This document shows, one piece after another, positions 37,374 through 50,306 of a DNA stretch of 64,000 nt. Within the stretch, counting starts at the first letter, position 1; each line of letters starts with the position of its first letter. This stretch comes from Octopus sinensis (lineage: Eukaryota), in the NCBI RefSeq assembly GCF_006345805.1, contig NC_043013.1, positions 50,902,001-50,966,000 on the forward strand, read 5' to 3'. A program made the translations under genes and the position numbers. The notes beneath the pieces were generated by a model, which ran no database searches, was not told where the DNA came from, and saw only the letters and a program-made list of their open reading frames with translations.

Positions 37374-38309
37374 ATGTTTGTGTTTGTCCCCCCAACATCG
37401 CTTGACAACTAATGTTGGTGTGTTTCCCTGTAACTTAGTGGTTTGGCATAAGAGACCGATAGAATAAGTCCTGGGGTTGATTTGCTTGACTAAAGGCAGT
37501 GCTCCTGCATGGCCACAGTCAAATGACTGAAACGAGTAAAAGAAGTGTTGTGCTGGCATTGTGGATATTGTTGGCTGCTGTTAAGTTTAGCTGTATTATG
37601 TTGTCTCGTGACAAACCAATCACAAACATTTTACTTTATTGAGATGAATAACAATATTTACATACGGAAATTGTTGTTGTGGCTGATGTTAATGCCGTCT
37701 AACAGGCACCTGGCAGCATATAAAAAGCACCATTCGAGCACTGGGCCACATGGAGGTAGTGACAGGTGACCAAGACCCTTGGTGATGTGCTGTTCTTGTG
37801 TTGACCTGTCAAGCCATGTGAGATCATAGTTGTGGCTGATGCTGGTGTTGGGTCAGTGGCACCCATGTTTGTGGCGTGTAAAATGCATCCACTACACTCT
37901 TGGAGCATCCAGCCATAGAAACCTTGCCAAATCAGACTGGAACCTGGTGCGGCCCCTCACCCCTGGTTTACCAGTTTTCAGTCAAACTGTCCAACTCATG
38001 CCAGCATGGAAAGCGGATGTTAAACAATGAACTAACAATGGTATAGTTCCAATTTTCTTGCCAGTCGCATAATGTAGAGCACTGGAACCAAATCTAGTTG
38101 GAATTAAACTATAAACAATTGAGAAAAAGTAGCTTCATGTGAGGGGTGGGTATAATGCTTGTCCATCTTAGTTGAAGGATCCCTTTGAACTCAGGGTTAA
38201 ACTTCAGTTGAGGAAAATTTGTTGAAGTAAGGACTTCACTTTCTGGTGCCAATTTCTGGTTTTCTTACATGTGCTGAGCTTATGTAACTAGAAAAGCAAA
38301 GGGACATAT

Positions 38310-38540
38310 TCATTTCTTTATTGCCCACAGGGGGCCAAATATAGAGGGGGCAAACAAGGACAGACAAAGGGATTAAGTCAATTATATCGACCCCAGTGTG
38401 TAACTGTTACTTATTCAATCGACCCTGAAAGGATGAAAGGTAAAGTCGACTTCGGCGGAATTTGAACTCAGAACGTAACGGCAGACGAAATACCGCTCGA
38501 CATTTCACCCGGCATGCTATCGATTCTGCCAGCCCACTGC
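38310..38540 (-). mobile_element. SINE family B, tail variant 1, with 16-bp TSD
   Basis: Flanked by agcaaagggacatatt / agcaaaggaacatatt. Confidence 0.85.
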
Positions 38541-38599
38541 CATAGCAAAGGAACATATTATAATATGGGGTAATATATGTACAAGCTGAATGTTTGGTA

Positions 38600-38900
38600 A
38601 TCAGGGCAGGTCTCCTGACTCAAGTGTGGACTGGACCCAGTTATCAAAGCTGCGAGGTTTCAGTCCTAAGCCTAGTTACATAAGCACATCAGACTTGTCT
38701 CTTCCAAGCAAGGAAGTCTTATTGTCAATAACACAGGACTCTTAAGCATTTGAAGTCACTTTCTCAAGTTGTATGCCATCATTGGAACAAATTGGCAGAC
38801 GTCTTTTATCTTCATTGTTGGTCATGCATTCAATCTTCTTTCTATTGAGGAAGAGATTGACTTTAGTTGCTGTGTTCTCAGGGGATGTTTATATGCCTTG
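38600..38900 (-). pseudogene. Highly decayed RTE-type reverse transcriptase fragment
   Basis: Minus strand ATKVNLFLNRKKIECMTNN ... ICSNDGIQLEKV(T)..., resembling A.KVGL.IN.KKTE.M and LE.V..F.YLG. Confidence 0.5.
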
Positions 38901-39559
38901 CACCTCACACATCAACAAGCTGTCACAGCAAGATGATTAGGACAATCAAGACTAGGGAGATTTATGCTCTGTTGATATCTTCATTGTTTCTGCCGCTTAC
39001 CAATGCTACCATAACCGTATTGGCCATAATAATAATAAATGTGTCACATATAAATTTCTTTAGATTCAAAGGAAACACTAATTTGCCCATTCTCTTCCAG
39101 CTAATATCACTGACAAACACAACAACCAAACAAATCCTATGACCAGCATCACAGACACAGGAGTGGCTATGTGGTAAGAAGCTTGCTTACCAACCACATA
39201 CTCTCAGGTTCAGTCTCACAGCGTGGCACCTTGGGCAAGTGTCTTCTACCATAGTCTCGGGCCAACCAGAGCCTTGTGAGTGGATTTGGTAGATGGAAAC
39301 TGAAAGAAGCCTATTGTCTATATGAGTGAGTGTGTGGGTGGATGTGTCTCTTTGTCGCTGTTTATCCTCCACCACTGCTTGACAACCGATGTTGGTGTGT
39401 TTACGTCTCTTTAACTTAGCAGTCCAGTAAAAGACTCCGATAGAATAAGTACTAGACTTTAAAAATACAACACTGTATTAAGTCAATTCATTCAACTAAA
39501 AATTTTTCAAGGCGGCGCTCCAGCATGGCCACAGTCTAATGACAGAAACAAATAAATGG

Positions 39560-39792
39560 AAGGCGGCGAGCTGGCAGAATCGTTAGTACGCTGGGCGAAA
39601 TGCTTAGCAGTGTTTTGTCTGCCGTTACATTCTGAGTTCAAATTCCGCCGAGGTCAACTTTGCCTTTCATCCTTTCAGGGTCGATAAATTAAGTACCAGT
39701 TATGCACTGGGGTTGATGTAATCGACTTAATCCCTTTGCCTGTCCTTGTTTGTCCCCTCTATGTTTAGCCCCTTGCGGGTAGTAAAGAAATA
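39560..39792 (+). mobile_element. SINE family B nested in the tail of a SINE A
   Basis: aaggcggcgagctggcagaatcg...agtaaagaaat, TSD gaaacaa(a/g)taaatggaa. Confidence 0.88.
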
Positions 39793-40259
39793 AGAAACAA
39801 GTAAATGGAAATAAAAGAAATACATAGAGGCCCCACTGTTGCTATTTAACCATTTCTCATAGATCTGACTCGAACCCTTCCACAGAACCACAGTTACTAT
39901 ACCTTGGCCCAAAATTCATCATAACTTGATGGCTTAATGACAACGGTATGGAAACTAATATTTTTAGAAAAGGCTAAAATTAGCATCAGATCTGAAACTC
40001 ACTTTTTCCTCATTATATTAGAAGACCCTTACCCGAGGTACCATGAAATGGAACTGAACCCAAAACCCCACTTACTAGATCAAACGGTTACTATATTTCA
40101 CTCAATATTCTTCTAGTCATTGCTCATCGTCTCTGTTTAACCAAATCCAGTAGCTTGTCTTCTCTACTGTAGCCTGGATGTCGCTCAGGATGGTATTTGC
40201 TCTACGATGAGTTAGGCCAAGCAACAACTACTATATATATATATATATATTTATATATA

Positions 40260-40657
40260 TCTTTATATATAAAAGAAAAGTTGTGTGGTGTCTGTCTCCT
40301 ACGATTTAGATTCCTAACTACTCCCACATTTTGCGGTGCAGTTTAACCAAAACCGGGTATCTTATAGTCGTGATTCATATCGAGCCCTTCTTAGTATTAG
40401 CGCGTGTCTATGATGAGTCTACGATTTAAAAAAAAATTTACCATCAATTTTTCACATTTTTAATGCATTTTTGGCATATATAAGGGAAGTAACTCTCTAA
40501 AAATTTATTATTAAATCTCAGAACGTAAAAAGCTACAGTAACCCCCCCCCCCCTTGTGGTTAGCCATATTGAGATGGCTATTATACTTTACATCTCTAAA
40601 AATGCTTATATAGTTATTTCCCTTACAAACCTGAGCAACGCCGGGCGATACTGCTAG
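40260..40657 (+). mobile_element. Non-autonomous Helitron
   Basis: a|tctttatatataaaagaaaagttgtg ... aaacctgagcaacgccgggcgatactgCTAG|t. Confidence 0.85.
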
Positions 40658-40749
40658 TATATATATATTCATATATATACACACACACACACACATATAT
40701 GTATATATATATAGGAGTGCAGTCAGTTGACTGAAGTAAATAAAAGAAT

Positions 40750-40925
40750 ACACAAGGGGGGGGGGGCAGGTTGCAAACATCCTGGCTTTGGTTAAAAGAA
40801 AATAACAGGAGGATCAGTTAATTAAGGATTTTATTCAACACATCTCCCTCTCAGATTCACACCCTTATTGCTGCACCCTTCACTTTTTATCCGCCCTGTA
40901 AAAGAACTCAGAATGCTGGGCCTTT
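40750..40925 (-). mobile_element. Mariner 3'-terminal fragment
   Basis: Minus strand ...FFYRA..(frameshift) CSNKGVNLRGRCVE*, resembling the WxKCVxxxGxYVE* transposase end. Confidence 0.55.
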
Positions 40926-41847
40926 CTTGATACCCTTAGAGCAACGAACTTTTCAGTACCCCTTCGTATAAAAACACACACACAGATACACATATTTGTG
41001 GGTCTTGTGTGAAGTATTAAAAAAATATGTATACAAAATGTCCTGTCATAATACAGGTTTTTAGATGTTTATCATTGACTTCATAATAAGCAAATATTTC
41101 AGTGTTTTGACTAGGTGTGGGCTTGAAACATTTGTCACTTGGTCAACTTCAGCTTTTCACTCACACGCACACACACGCACACACACACACACACCCGCAC
41201 ACACACACACACACACACACACACGAACATGGGGTGACGTATATACAAACGCATACAGTGACACATACATACATCCACGCCCTCACACACGCATACACTT
41301 TTGTATACATTCTTGTTTTTTGTACTTGTTTACAGTAGAAGTGTATTTACAGTCCCCCCTTCTCCCTTTTTATACACACATATGTGTGTATACATGTATA
41401 TAAGTATATCTGTGTGTGTATATGTGTGTATATATCATGTATGCATTCATAGACATATATGTGTATATATACATGTATATTTGTATGTTATATGCACACA
41501 CGTGTGTGTTGCATGTTTGTGCGTATATATGTATGTGTATACACTTACACACACACATATAAAAATGAAATACACTTATATACATATGTGTGTGTATGTG
41601 TGTGTATCATGTATATATATTCATAGATATATATGAGTATGTATTCATGTATATATGTATATTATACACCTACACGTATGTGTTACATGTTTATATGTGT
41701 ATGTATGTATGCGTATACACAGATACAGACACACACACACACGTAAAAGTGCAATACACTTATGCACATATGTGTGTGTATGTGTGTATATATGTATGTG
41801 TATACACTTACACACACACATATAAAAATGGAATACACATATACATA

Positions 41848-43121
41848 CGAGGGGCGTTCAATAAGTAATGCCCCTGACCCACTTCCCATAGCAGTAGAGC
41901 AATGAAATTTGGCACAGTTATTAGTCTTTTTCTACATAAAAACCACCCAGAGTTACACATTTCTCCCATCGTTTGATGCAGCTCTGGAGACCGTTTTTGT
42001 TGAAGACTCCAGCTTGGTCCTCCAACCACGACGTGACTTCAGAAATCAAGGCTGCATCATCTGGGAAACGCTTTCCTTTCAAAAACAACTTCATGGCTGG
42101 GAAGAGGTGAAAATAAGAGGGTGCAAGGCCAGGAGAGTAGGGGGAAGGGGGAGGATTTCATAGCCGCACGCCTGTGCTTCTGATCTGGTGACAAGCGAGT
42201 TGTGGACCAGAGCGTTGTCCTGCAGGAGGAGGATGCCTTTGCTGATCTTGCCCCGCCTCTTGATTTTGATAGCTTCTCTTAATTTCCTCAAAAGTGAAGC
42301 ATAATAGGCTCCTGTAATTGTGGTGCCCTTTGCCAGGAAATCTGTCTTCACTACTCCGTCCTGGTCCCAGAAGACTGTGAGCATGACCTTACCAGCGGAG
42401 GGCTGCACCCTTGCCTTCTTTGGAGGAGGTGAGTCACGGTGCTTCCACTGCATTGACTGGGCTTTTGTCTCTGGATCATAGTGATGGACCCAGGTTTCAT
42501 CCTGTGTAATCAGACTTTTGAAAAATTTTGACTCATCTTCTTGGCACATCTCCAAATTCATCTTCGAGCACTCGACGCGTTCTTGCTTCTGGAAAGGTGT
42601 GAGCAACCTGGGAATCCATTTGGCAGACACTTTTTGCATGTGCAGATGGTCATGAATGATAGTTTCCACAGACCCGGTATTAATCTTGACCTCATGGGCT
42701 ATTTGGCAAATAGTTATGCGTCGATCTTCCAAAATGGCAGCCTCAACTTGACGGACAGATGCCTCATCAATGGTAGAAGGGGGTGACCAGATCTGAGAGC
42801 TGTTTCCACCAAGTTCCGACCATGTTTGAATTCACGATGCCAGCGTTTTACAAGGTCATATGATGGGGCATCATCACCATAAGTTACTTTCATTTCATCA
42901 AAAGTCTTCCGTGGTGTGCGTCCTTTCAAATACAAAAACCGGATCACTGCTCGACACTCAACAGGCTCCATTTCACACTTGACTCGGTTCAAACACCTGT
43001 AAATCAGAAACCACAATTATTTCAGAGCTGTAATTTGCCACTTAATTTATAGAGATATAAATAATTGCACATGCAAACAACTGCAAGTAGGTCAGAGGCA
43101 TTACTTATTGAATGTCCCTCG
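41848..43121 (-). mobile_element. Full-length mariner (1274 bp), irritans-like TIRs
   Basis: 32-bp TIRs cgaggggcgttcaataagtaatgcccctgacc / ggtcagaggcattacttattgaatgtccctcg (29/32 match), TA on both sides. Confidence 0.95.
41921..42971 (-). pseudogene. Mariner D,D34D transposase, frameshifted
   Basis: MEPVECRAVIRFLYLKG (HTH)...KWIPRLL...ITQDETWVHHYDPE...LLLQDNA...PYSPGLAPSYFHLF...WEKCVTLGGFYVEKD*. Frameshifts near 42725 and 42150; the third catalytic Asp reads Tyr. Confidence 0.92.
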
Positions 43122-43379
43122 TATGTGTGTGTGTATGTGTATATATCATGTATATATCCATAGATATATATGAGTATGTATTCATGTATATATATTTATT
43201 ATACACCCACATGTGACTTGTATGTTTATATGTGTATGCATGTATACACACACACATAAAAAGTGCTATACACTTATGCAAATATGTGTGTGTATGTGTG
43301 TATATATGTAAATGTGTATTCATATCTATGTGTGTATCATCATCATCATCATTTTACATGCTGGCATGGGTTGCACAAT

Positions 43380-43682
43380 ATACAAATACACACACACACA
43401 TATACACACATACTCATTCATACATGCATACACACACACACATATATGTATTATCAGTGTGTGTGTGACTGTGTATGTATATATATATATATATATATAT
43501 GTTATACACACACTAATATATGTATTATATATATGTATATATGTAGTCTACTATGTACTACATGTATGTATATATATGTAAATATATATATGTGTGTGTG
43601 TATATATATATATATATGCATATATATATGTATATGTGTATATATGTATATATATATATATATATATATGTATATGTATATA

Positions 43683-43739
<57 letters not shown>

Positions 43740-44142
43740 TCAAGGCTTGGTCCATGGTTGTTTTGGGTTAGTAACAGTGGTAATAGCAATAGCAGCTGCA
43801 GAAGCATCGTCATCATCATCATCATCAGCAGCAGCAGGAGAAGCGGCAAAGCTGGTGGGGGTGGTGGTGGTGTCATTGGTGTAAGAGAACAAATTAACAT
43901 GTTAAAAAATCTATCTACCTACATATATACACAAGGCACACCGCACCTACATATACACACAGCTTATAGAAATTCCCCAAACATTTTGTACTCATGTTTC
44001 TCCCTAGTTGCACATTTGATGACATTTCATGTACAGTGGTGCTCCTGTTGTCATTGCATACAGACACGGGAGAGGTACCGTATGAATGTATGTATGTATG
44101 TATATATATATGCATTTTTGTATATATATATGTGTATGTGTG

Positions 44143-44184
<42 letters not shown>

Positions 44185-44186
44185 GC

Positions 44187-44234
<48 letters not shown>

Positions 44235-44639
44235 GTGTGTATATATATATATATATGTATGTGTATATATATATATATATATATATACACATAGATATAT
44301 ATGTGTTATGTATATATATATATACATATGTATATATATATATATGTGTGTGTATTTATGTATGTGTATATATATGTATATGTGTGTATATATATATGTA
44401 TATATATGTGTATATATATGTATATATATATATATGTGTATATATATATATATACATATATATATATGTGTGTATATGTATGTATATATGTATATATATG
44501 TATGTATATTTATATGTGTATATATGTATGTATATATATATGTGTATGTATGTATATATGTATGTATATATATATATGTGTGTATATGTGTGTAGGTATA
44601 TATGTATGTATATATATATATGTGTGTATATGTGTGTAG

Positions 44640-44681
<42 letters not shown>

Positions 44682-44705
44682 TTGTATGTATGTATGTGTG
44701 TGTAT
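43380..44705. repeat. Large (TA)/(TG)/(TATG) microsatellite field
   Basis: Visible dinucleotide runs. Similar fields near 890-1960, 2340-3040, 28760-30110, 32800-33140, 54420-54640 and 63640-64000, plus (GATA)/(GACA) at 57620-58400. Confidence 0.95.
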
Positions 44706-44965
44706 TTAGGCCTGTGAGAAAAGTTAATAGATTCTGTATTGTGTCATATCACGAATACCAAGAACATTGTAAAACATCCAATATCTTAGGTGTGGCCGTG
44801 TGGTTGAGAAATTTGATGCCAAACCATGTGGTTTTGGGTTCAGTCTCACTGTATGACATCTTAGGCAAGTGTCTGCTACTGCAGCCTCAAAGCTGTGTGA
44901 GTGGATCTGATCGAACCCAAATAAGCCTGTGATGTTGTGTGTGAGTGAATGTATGTATATTTTTA

Positions 44966-45012
<47 letters not shown>

Positions 45013-45014
<2 letters not shown>

Positions 45015-48000
45015 CTCCTGCCCACGGCGTGGTCAGGTTGGAAGAGAGATCAAAAGAAAAATACCACGAAAACTATCACCACCACAACAACCTCCTCTTC
45101 TCAGGCGCCGAATCCCCCCCGTCCCCCCCACATCTCCTTCCCAGTTTTCAGAGTTGGCACTATCAATGTTGGTACATTGACAGGCAAGTCTAGTGAGATT
45201 GTAGAGATGCTAGAGAGAAGACAGGTTGATGTATGCTGCATACAAGAGGTAAGATGGAGAGATGCTTCGGCTAGGGTCCTCACGGGCAAGGCACTTAGGT
45301 ACAAACTCTACTGGCAAGGTAACGCGGAAGGTGTAGGGGGTGTAGGCATTCTCCTTGCGGAGGAATGGGTGGGATAAGGTCATAGAGGTTGTCAGGGTTT
45401 GTGATAGAGTGCTTAAGCTCAGGTTGGTCCTACAGAGTGGCACAGCTATGATTATCTCAGCCTATGCCCCACAAGCGGGACTACCAAATGATCAGAAGGA
45501 CAACTTTTATGATACCCTTCTGCAGGCTACTTCAAAGACTAGTAACAAGGACCTCATCTTTGTAGGTGGAGATTTTAATGGGCATGTTGGGCGGGAATCG
45601 GGTATCTTCACTGGGGTACATGGTGGCTATGGTATTGGCACCAGAAATGATGAGGGAACTAGACTGCTGGAATTCTGTGATGCATGTAACCTTTCAATCT
45701 GCAACACTAACTTCAAGAAGCCAGTCTGCCACCTTATAACTTATCAGTCAGGAGACTCCGCTAGCCAAATAGACTTCATCCTCACCAGACAACGGGATGC
45801 AGGGTTGCTCTTGAATACAAAGACCCTCCCGGGTGAAGAATGTATCCCTCAGCATAGACTAATCATCAGTGACTTTAAGCTTGAGGCCAGAAGGACTCCA
45901 AGAAACAAACCAATCCAGAAAAGAAGGATTTGGAGGCTAAAGAACCCTTCGCATGGTCAGAAATTTAGGGACATACTCATCAAGAAATTTGATGAGAGGG
46001 AGGAGGAGCTTCAGACGTCAGACATAGAAGGTAGCTGGGAAATCCTACGGGACAGCTTGTTGAGTGCCACAGACCAAGTCTGTGGATGGTGCAAAGTCCT
46101 TCCAGACCTAGAATTACGTGGTGGTGGAATAGTGCAGTAGATAAAGCCATCTGTGAAAAGAGACGGGCCTGGAAAGCCTGGAAGGATGGGGGCAGCAGGG
46201 AACTGTACCAGATAGCCAAAAGGGAGGCTGGGCGGCAGGTATACATTGCCAAAGATGTAGCAGAAAAGAAGAAGTTTGCCAATGTCCAGCGTCGCGAGGA
46301 TCAAGAGCTGAAGTATTCGGATTGCCAGACAGTGTGTCAGAGAAAATAGCGATGTTATAGGAGAGAAATGTGTCCGCATGGATGATGGGGCACTTGCTTT
46401 TACTACTAGTGAAAAGAAGAGGCTTGGAGAAGCCATTATGAAAGACTGCTAAATGAGGAGAATGAATGGGAGGAGGAGAGCCTGCCAAATGTTGACCCAG
46501 TAGAGGGACCAGCTACCCGAATAGACAGCTCCCTTGTAGATAAGGCAATTAAGGATATGAAACCAGGCAAAGCCCCTGGCCTATCAGGAATCACTGCTGA
46601 GATGCTTAAAACAGCTGGCTATGTGGGCTATGCCATAGTCACCCGCATTGTAAACCAGGTAGTTCACAATGGAGTCATACCCAATGACTGGTGCAGCAGC
46701 ACCATAGTCAACTGCTACAAGGGTAAGGGTGATGCTCTAGATAGAAATAACTACAGAGGTATCAAACTGTTGGACCAGGTGATGAAGGTCTCAGAGAAGG
46801 TCATAACCAATCTCATTAGGGAGAGAATTTGTTTAGATGAAATGCAGTTCGGTTTTGTACCAGGTAGAAGCACCACTGATGCTATATTCCTGGTCCGACA
46901 ACTGCAGGAGAAGTACCTAGCTAAAGATAAACCCCTCTACATAGCTTTTGTAGACTTGGAGAAAGCCTTTGACAGGGTTCCCCGTTCCCTTATCTGGTGG
47001 TCGATGCGGAAACTGGAGATTGAAGAATGGCTAATAAGGGCTGTACAGGCTCTATACAGAGAGGCTGTCAGCAAGGTTAGGATTGGCAACGAATATAGTG
47101 AAGAATTCCGGGTAGAAGTAGGTGTGCACCAGGGCTCAGCCCTCAGTCCCCTTTTATTCATCATAGTCCTTCAGGCAATAACAGAGGAATTCAAAACGGG
47201 ATGCCCCTGGGAGCTCCTCTATGCCGATGACCTAGCTCTCATAGCAGAATCACTACCGGAACTAGAAGAGAAATTTCGGGTGTGGAAGCAAGGGTTGGAA
47301 TCAAAGGGCCTTAGAATAAATGTAGCAAAGACCAAAGTATTAGTAAGCAGCAAGAGGTACTCAGCACACATCCCCTCGGGTAGGTGGCCCTGCTCAACCT
47401 GTAGGAAAGGTACAGGTAGAAACTCCATAAGATGCACCCAATGTAAGTTATGGACACATAAGAGGTGCAGCAACATTAAAGGGAAATTAACAGATAAGAT
47501 AGCTTTCATGTGCGGCAGATGCACAGGGACAATAGACACAACAGACACTCAGAAAACAGATTCCATCACACTCCAGGGAGAGAAACTAGAAGTAGTTGAT
47601 AGTTTCCGCTACCTGGGTGACCAAGTTAGTAGCGGAGGTGGATGCACAGAGAGTATCACCACTAGAATACGAATAGCCTGGGCAAAGTTCAGAAAGCTCC
47701 TACCCCTACTGGCAACAAAAGGTCTCTCCCTCAGAGCAAAAGGTAGATTGCATGATGCATGTGTGCGAACTGCCATGCTCCACGGTAATGAAACATGGGC
47801 TGTGACTGCAGAAGACATGCGTAGACTTGAAAGAAATGAAGCTAGCATGATCCGCTGGATGTGTAGTGTCAGTGTGCACGCAAAACAGAGTGTAAGTATC
47901 CTGAGAGAAATGCTGGATATAAGAAGCATCAGATGTGGTGTGCAAGAGCGACGCTTGCGATGGTATGGTCATGTGCTGCGGATGGATGAAGAGAGATGTG

Positions 48001-48205
48001 TGAAGAAGTGCCACTCCCAACAGTTGAAGGTATCAGGGGGAGAGGTAGACCCAGGAAGACATGGGATGAGGTGGTCAAGCATGACCTCAGAGCATTGGGC
48101 CTCACTGAGGCAATGGCGAAGGACCGAGATCTCTGGAGATATGCTGTGACTACAAAGACCCGGGCTGCTTTCTGCAGCAATTCCACATACCCCTACCCAT
48201 TCTAA
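45013..48205 (+). pseudogene. RTE endonuclease-reverse transcriptase ORF broken by about 5 frameshifts
   Basis: Pieces at 44949-45377, 45355-46140, 46086-46349, about 46310-46556, 46557-48149 (530 aa) and 47996-48205 join into one polypeptide; shifts near 45372, 46097, 46310, 46418 and 48017. Confidence 0.93.
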
Positions 48206-48268
48206 GTACCCCGGATCCCCAAAGTACCCTGGATCCCCAAAGTACCCCGATCCCCAAAGTACCCCGGA
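48204..48268 (+). repeat. 18-bp tandem repeat (about 3.5 copies) at the start of the RTE 3' UTR
   Basis: aaagtaccccggatcccc units. Confidence 0.9.
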
Positions 48269-48637
48269 CCTCGTTGCCCCCGTGCCGCTGACACGTTAAA
48301 ATGCTCGAACCGATCGTGACGATGCCGGACCCTCCGGCCCCTGTGCAGGTGGCACGTAAAAAGCACCCAATCCACTCACGGAGTGGTTGGCGTTAGGAAG
48401 GGCATCCAGCCGTAGAAACTCTGCCAGATTCAGACTGGAGCCTGGAGCGGCCCCAGGCTTCCCAGACCCGGTCGAACCGTCCAACCCGTGCTAGCGCGGA
48501 AAGCGGACGTTAAACGATGATGATGATGATGATGATGATGATATACTAAATGGCAATTGCTAAAAAGCATTCGTGAAGTAAAATCAAATGGCAGTGCACC
48601 AGCATGGCCACAGCTCGTGAGCTGAAACTAGATAAAG

Positions 48638-48676
<39 letters not shown>

Positions 48677-49151
48677 ATTCAATTAGATGTTATGTTGGCC
48701 TCATGAAAGAATGGTGTCATCCAAGGAAATAATGGTTTAATACTGAATATTTTTTGGGGTGATATTAATATCCATAAAATGATAAGTTTATATATAAACC
48801 ATGGTTTATAATCATACGATTGAAAAATAAGAAAATGGAGATATTGAAGTTAATAGTAGATTATTATCAGCAAAAGTTTGATCATTATCCCTAAAAGTGA
48901 CCATTATACCATATATCATCATTGTTTAACGTCCGTTTTCCATGCTGGAGTCTGGGAAGCCAGGAAGCTGCACCAGACCCCAGTCTGATCTGGCAATGTT
49001 TCTACAGCTGAATGCCCTTCCTAATGCCTAACCACTCTGAGAGTGTAGTGGGTGCTTTTTACATTTCAAGTCTTAATGTAGAGATGTTCGTCTAATACAT
49101 CTAGCTCTCCACATTTAATCGTTCCACCTTTGGACTTCTCAAATTAGTAAG

Positions 49152-49500
49152 ATGTGCAACATGGCAACACTGGAATGTGCAACATGTTGATGCTGAGATG
49201 TGCCGAATAGCAGTATCAAGATGTGCAGCATAGCAGTATTGAGGTGTGCAACACATTTATACATAGGGACGTGTAGTTTGAGAATCCTGGCTTGTGCAAT
49301 ATATCAATAATGCGATATGCAACATGGCCATATTGCAATGTGCTGCATGCCAATATTGTGATGTGCACCATGTCGATATTGAGACATGCAATGCTGCAGT
49401 GCTGATATATGCAACAGGTCAATATTGGAAATGCAGCATTTCACTCGTGGCATTGTGCAGTATGTCAGTTTCAGAATGTGCAGCATACCAGCATCAGAAT
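49152..49500 (+). repeat. Degenerate 23-bp minisatellite
   Basis: tgtgcaacatggcaacactggaa / tgtgcaacatgttgatgctgaga / tgtgccgaatagcagtatcaaga / tgtgcagcatagcagtattgagg. Confidence 0.8.
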
Positions 49501-49734
49501 ATGCTTCAGCCACGTAGGTGCTTTGCTACAGTTGACAAAATCTTAATTAGTATTAAATTAAATTGATTGAGTCTTGATTAATATTAAATCGATATTCCTA
49601 TATACTTCTCTAATCATCTCAGTCTTGCAGTAATAATTAGCTGATACTTTGCTGATAATTTCTAAGAATCAACTAAAAGACTCCACTTGCAAATTGCTGG
49701 CCTTGCGCCAAACGGTTTGAAACCTCCTCCTCCT

Positions 49735-49828
49735 CCTTCTTCTTCTTCTTCTTCTTCTTCTTCTTCTTCTTCTTCTTCTTCTTCTTCTTCTTCTTCTTCT
49801 TCTTCTTCTTCTTCTTCTTCTTCTTCTT

Positions 49829-49888
<60 letters not shown>
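49735..49888 (+). repeat. Perfect (TTC)n of about 40 units followed by (TAT)n
   Basis: Directly visible. Confidence 0.98.
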
Positions 49889-50306
49889 GCCTCCACCTTA
49901 AGGAATGCAGAGTTACTGTTTTTCAGTCATGTTTGTTTGTCCATGGACAAGATATCTCAAGAACCACAGGATAGATTCGGATGAAACTTTCAGAGATGTT
50001 TGGCCTCATAACTGGTACAAACTGATTAGATTTTGGGCTCGATTTGGACAAGGATTCTGGATTATTTGTTATATTTACTTTACTTTCATTATTACGATCT
50101 TACTTTCACTTTCAAGTCTTTCTCAATTATCTCCCTTTAGGATGTTTCCAAAGTTTTATTTTTGTTTCTCTATTATTAATTTTATTTGTGTCTCTATCTG
50201 AGTAGAAACTGATGGATAAAGAAATCAAACTACATAAACAAACGGCAGCAAAACTGTTCAGAAATTAACTGACACTACCATATCTATATAATATACATAT
50301 TATATT

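Larger units (their letters stand above)
45013..48540 (+). mobile_element. Near-full-length RTE-clade LINE (~3.5 kb)
   Basis: APE endonuclease (RVGTINVGTL, CCIQEVRW, GGDFNGH, SQIDFIL, QHRLII), RT (NYRGIKLL, QFGF, FVDLEKAFD, GVHQGSALSP, LLYADD), RRLRWYGHVLR/GRPRKTW end, (GAT)n tail, possible atatac TSD at 45007-45012 and 48541-48546. Confidence 0.97.

Noticed and set aside
45101-48484. Minus-strand ORFs overlapping the RTE, and plus-strand ORFs overlapping the mariner (41909-42786)
   Set aside because: Antisense shadows of the real transposon reading frames.
49669-49974. Poly-Arg and poly-Ser ORFs
   Set aside because: Translation of perfect (TTC)n.
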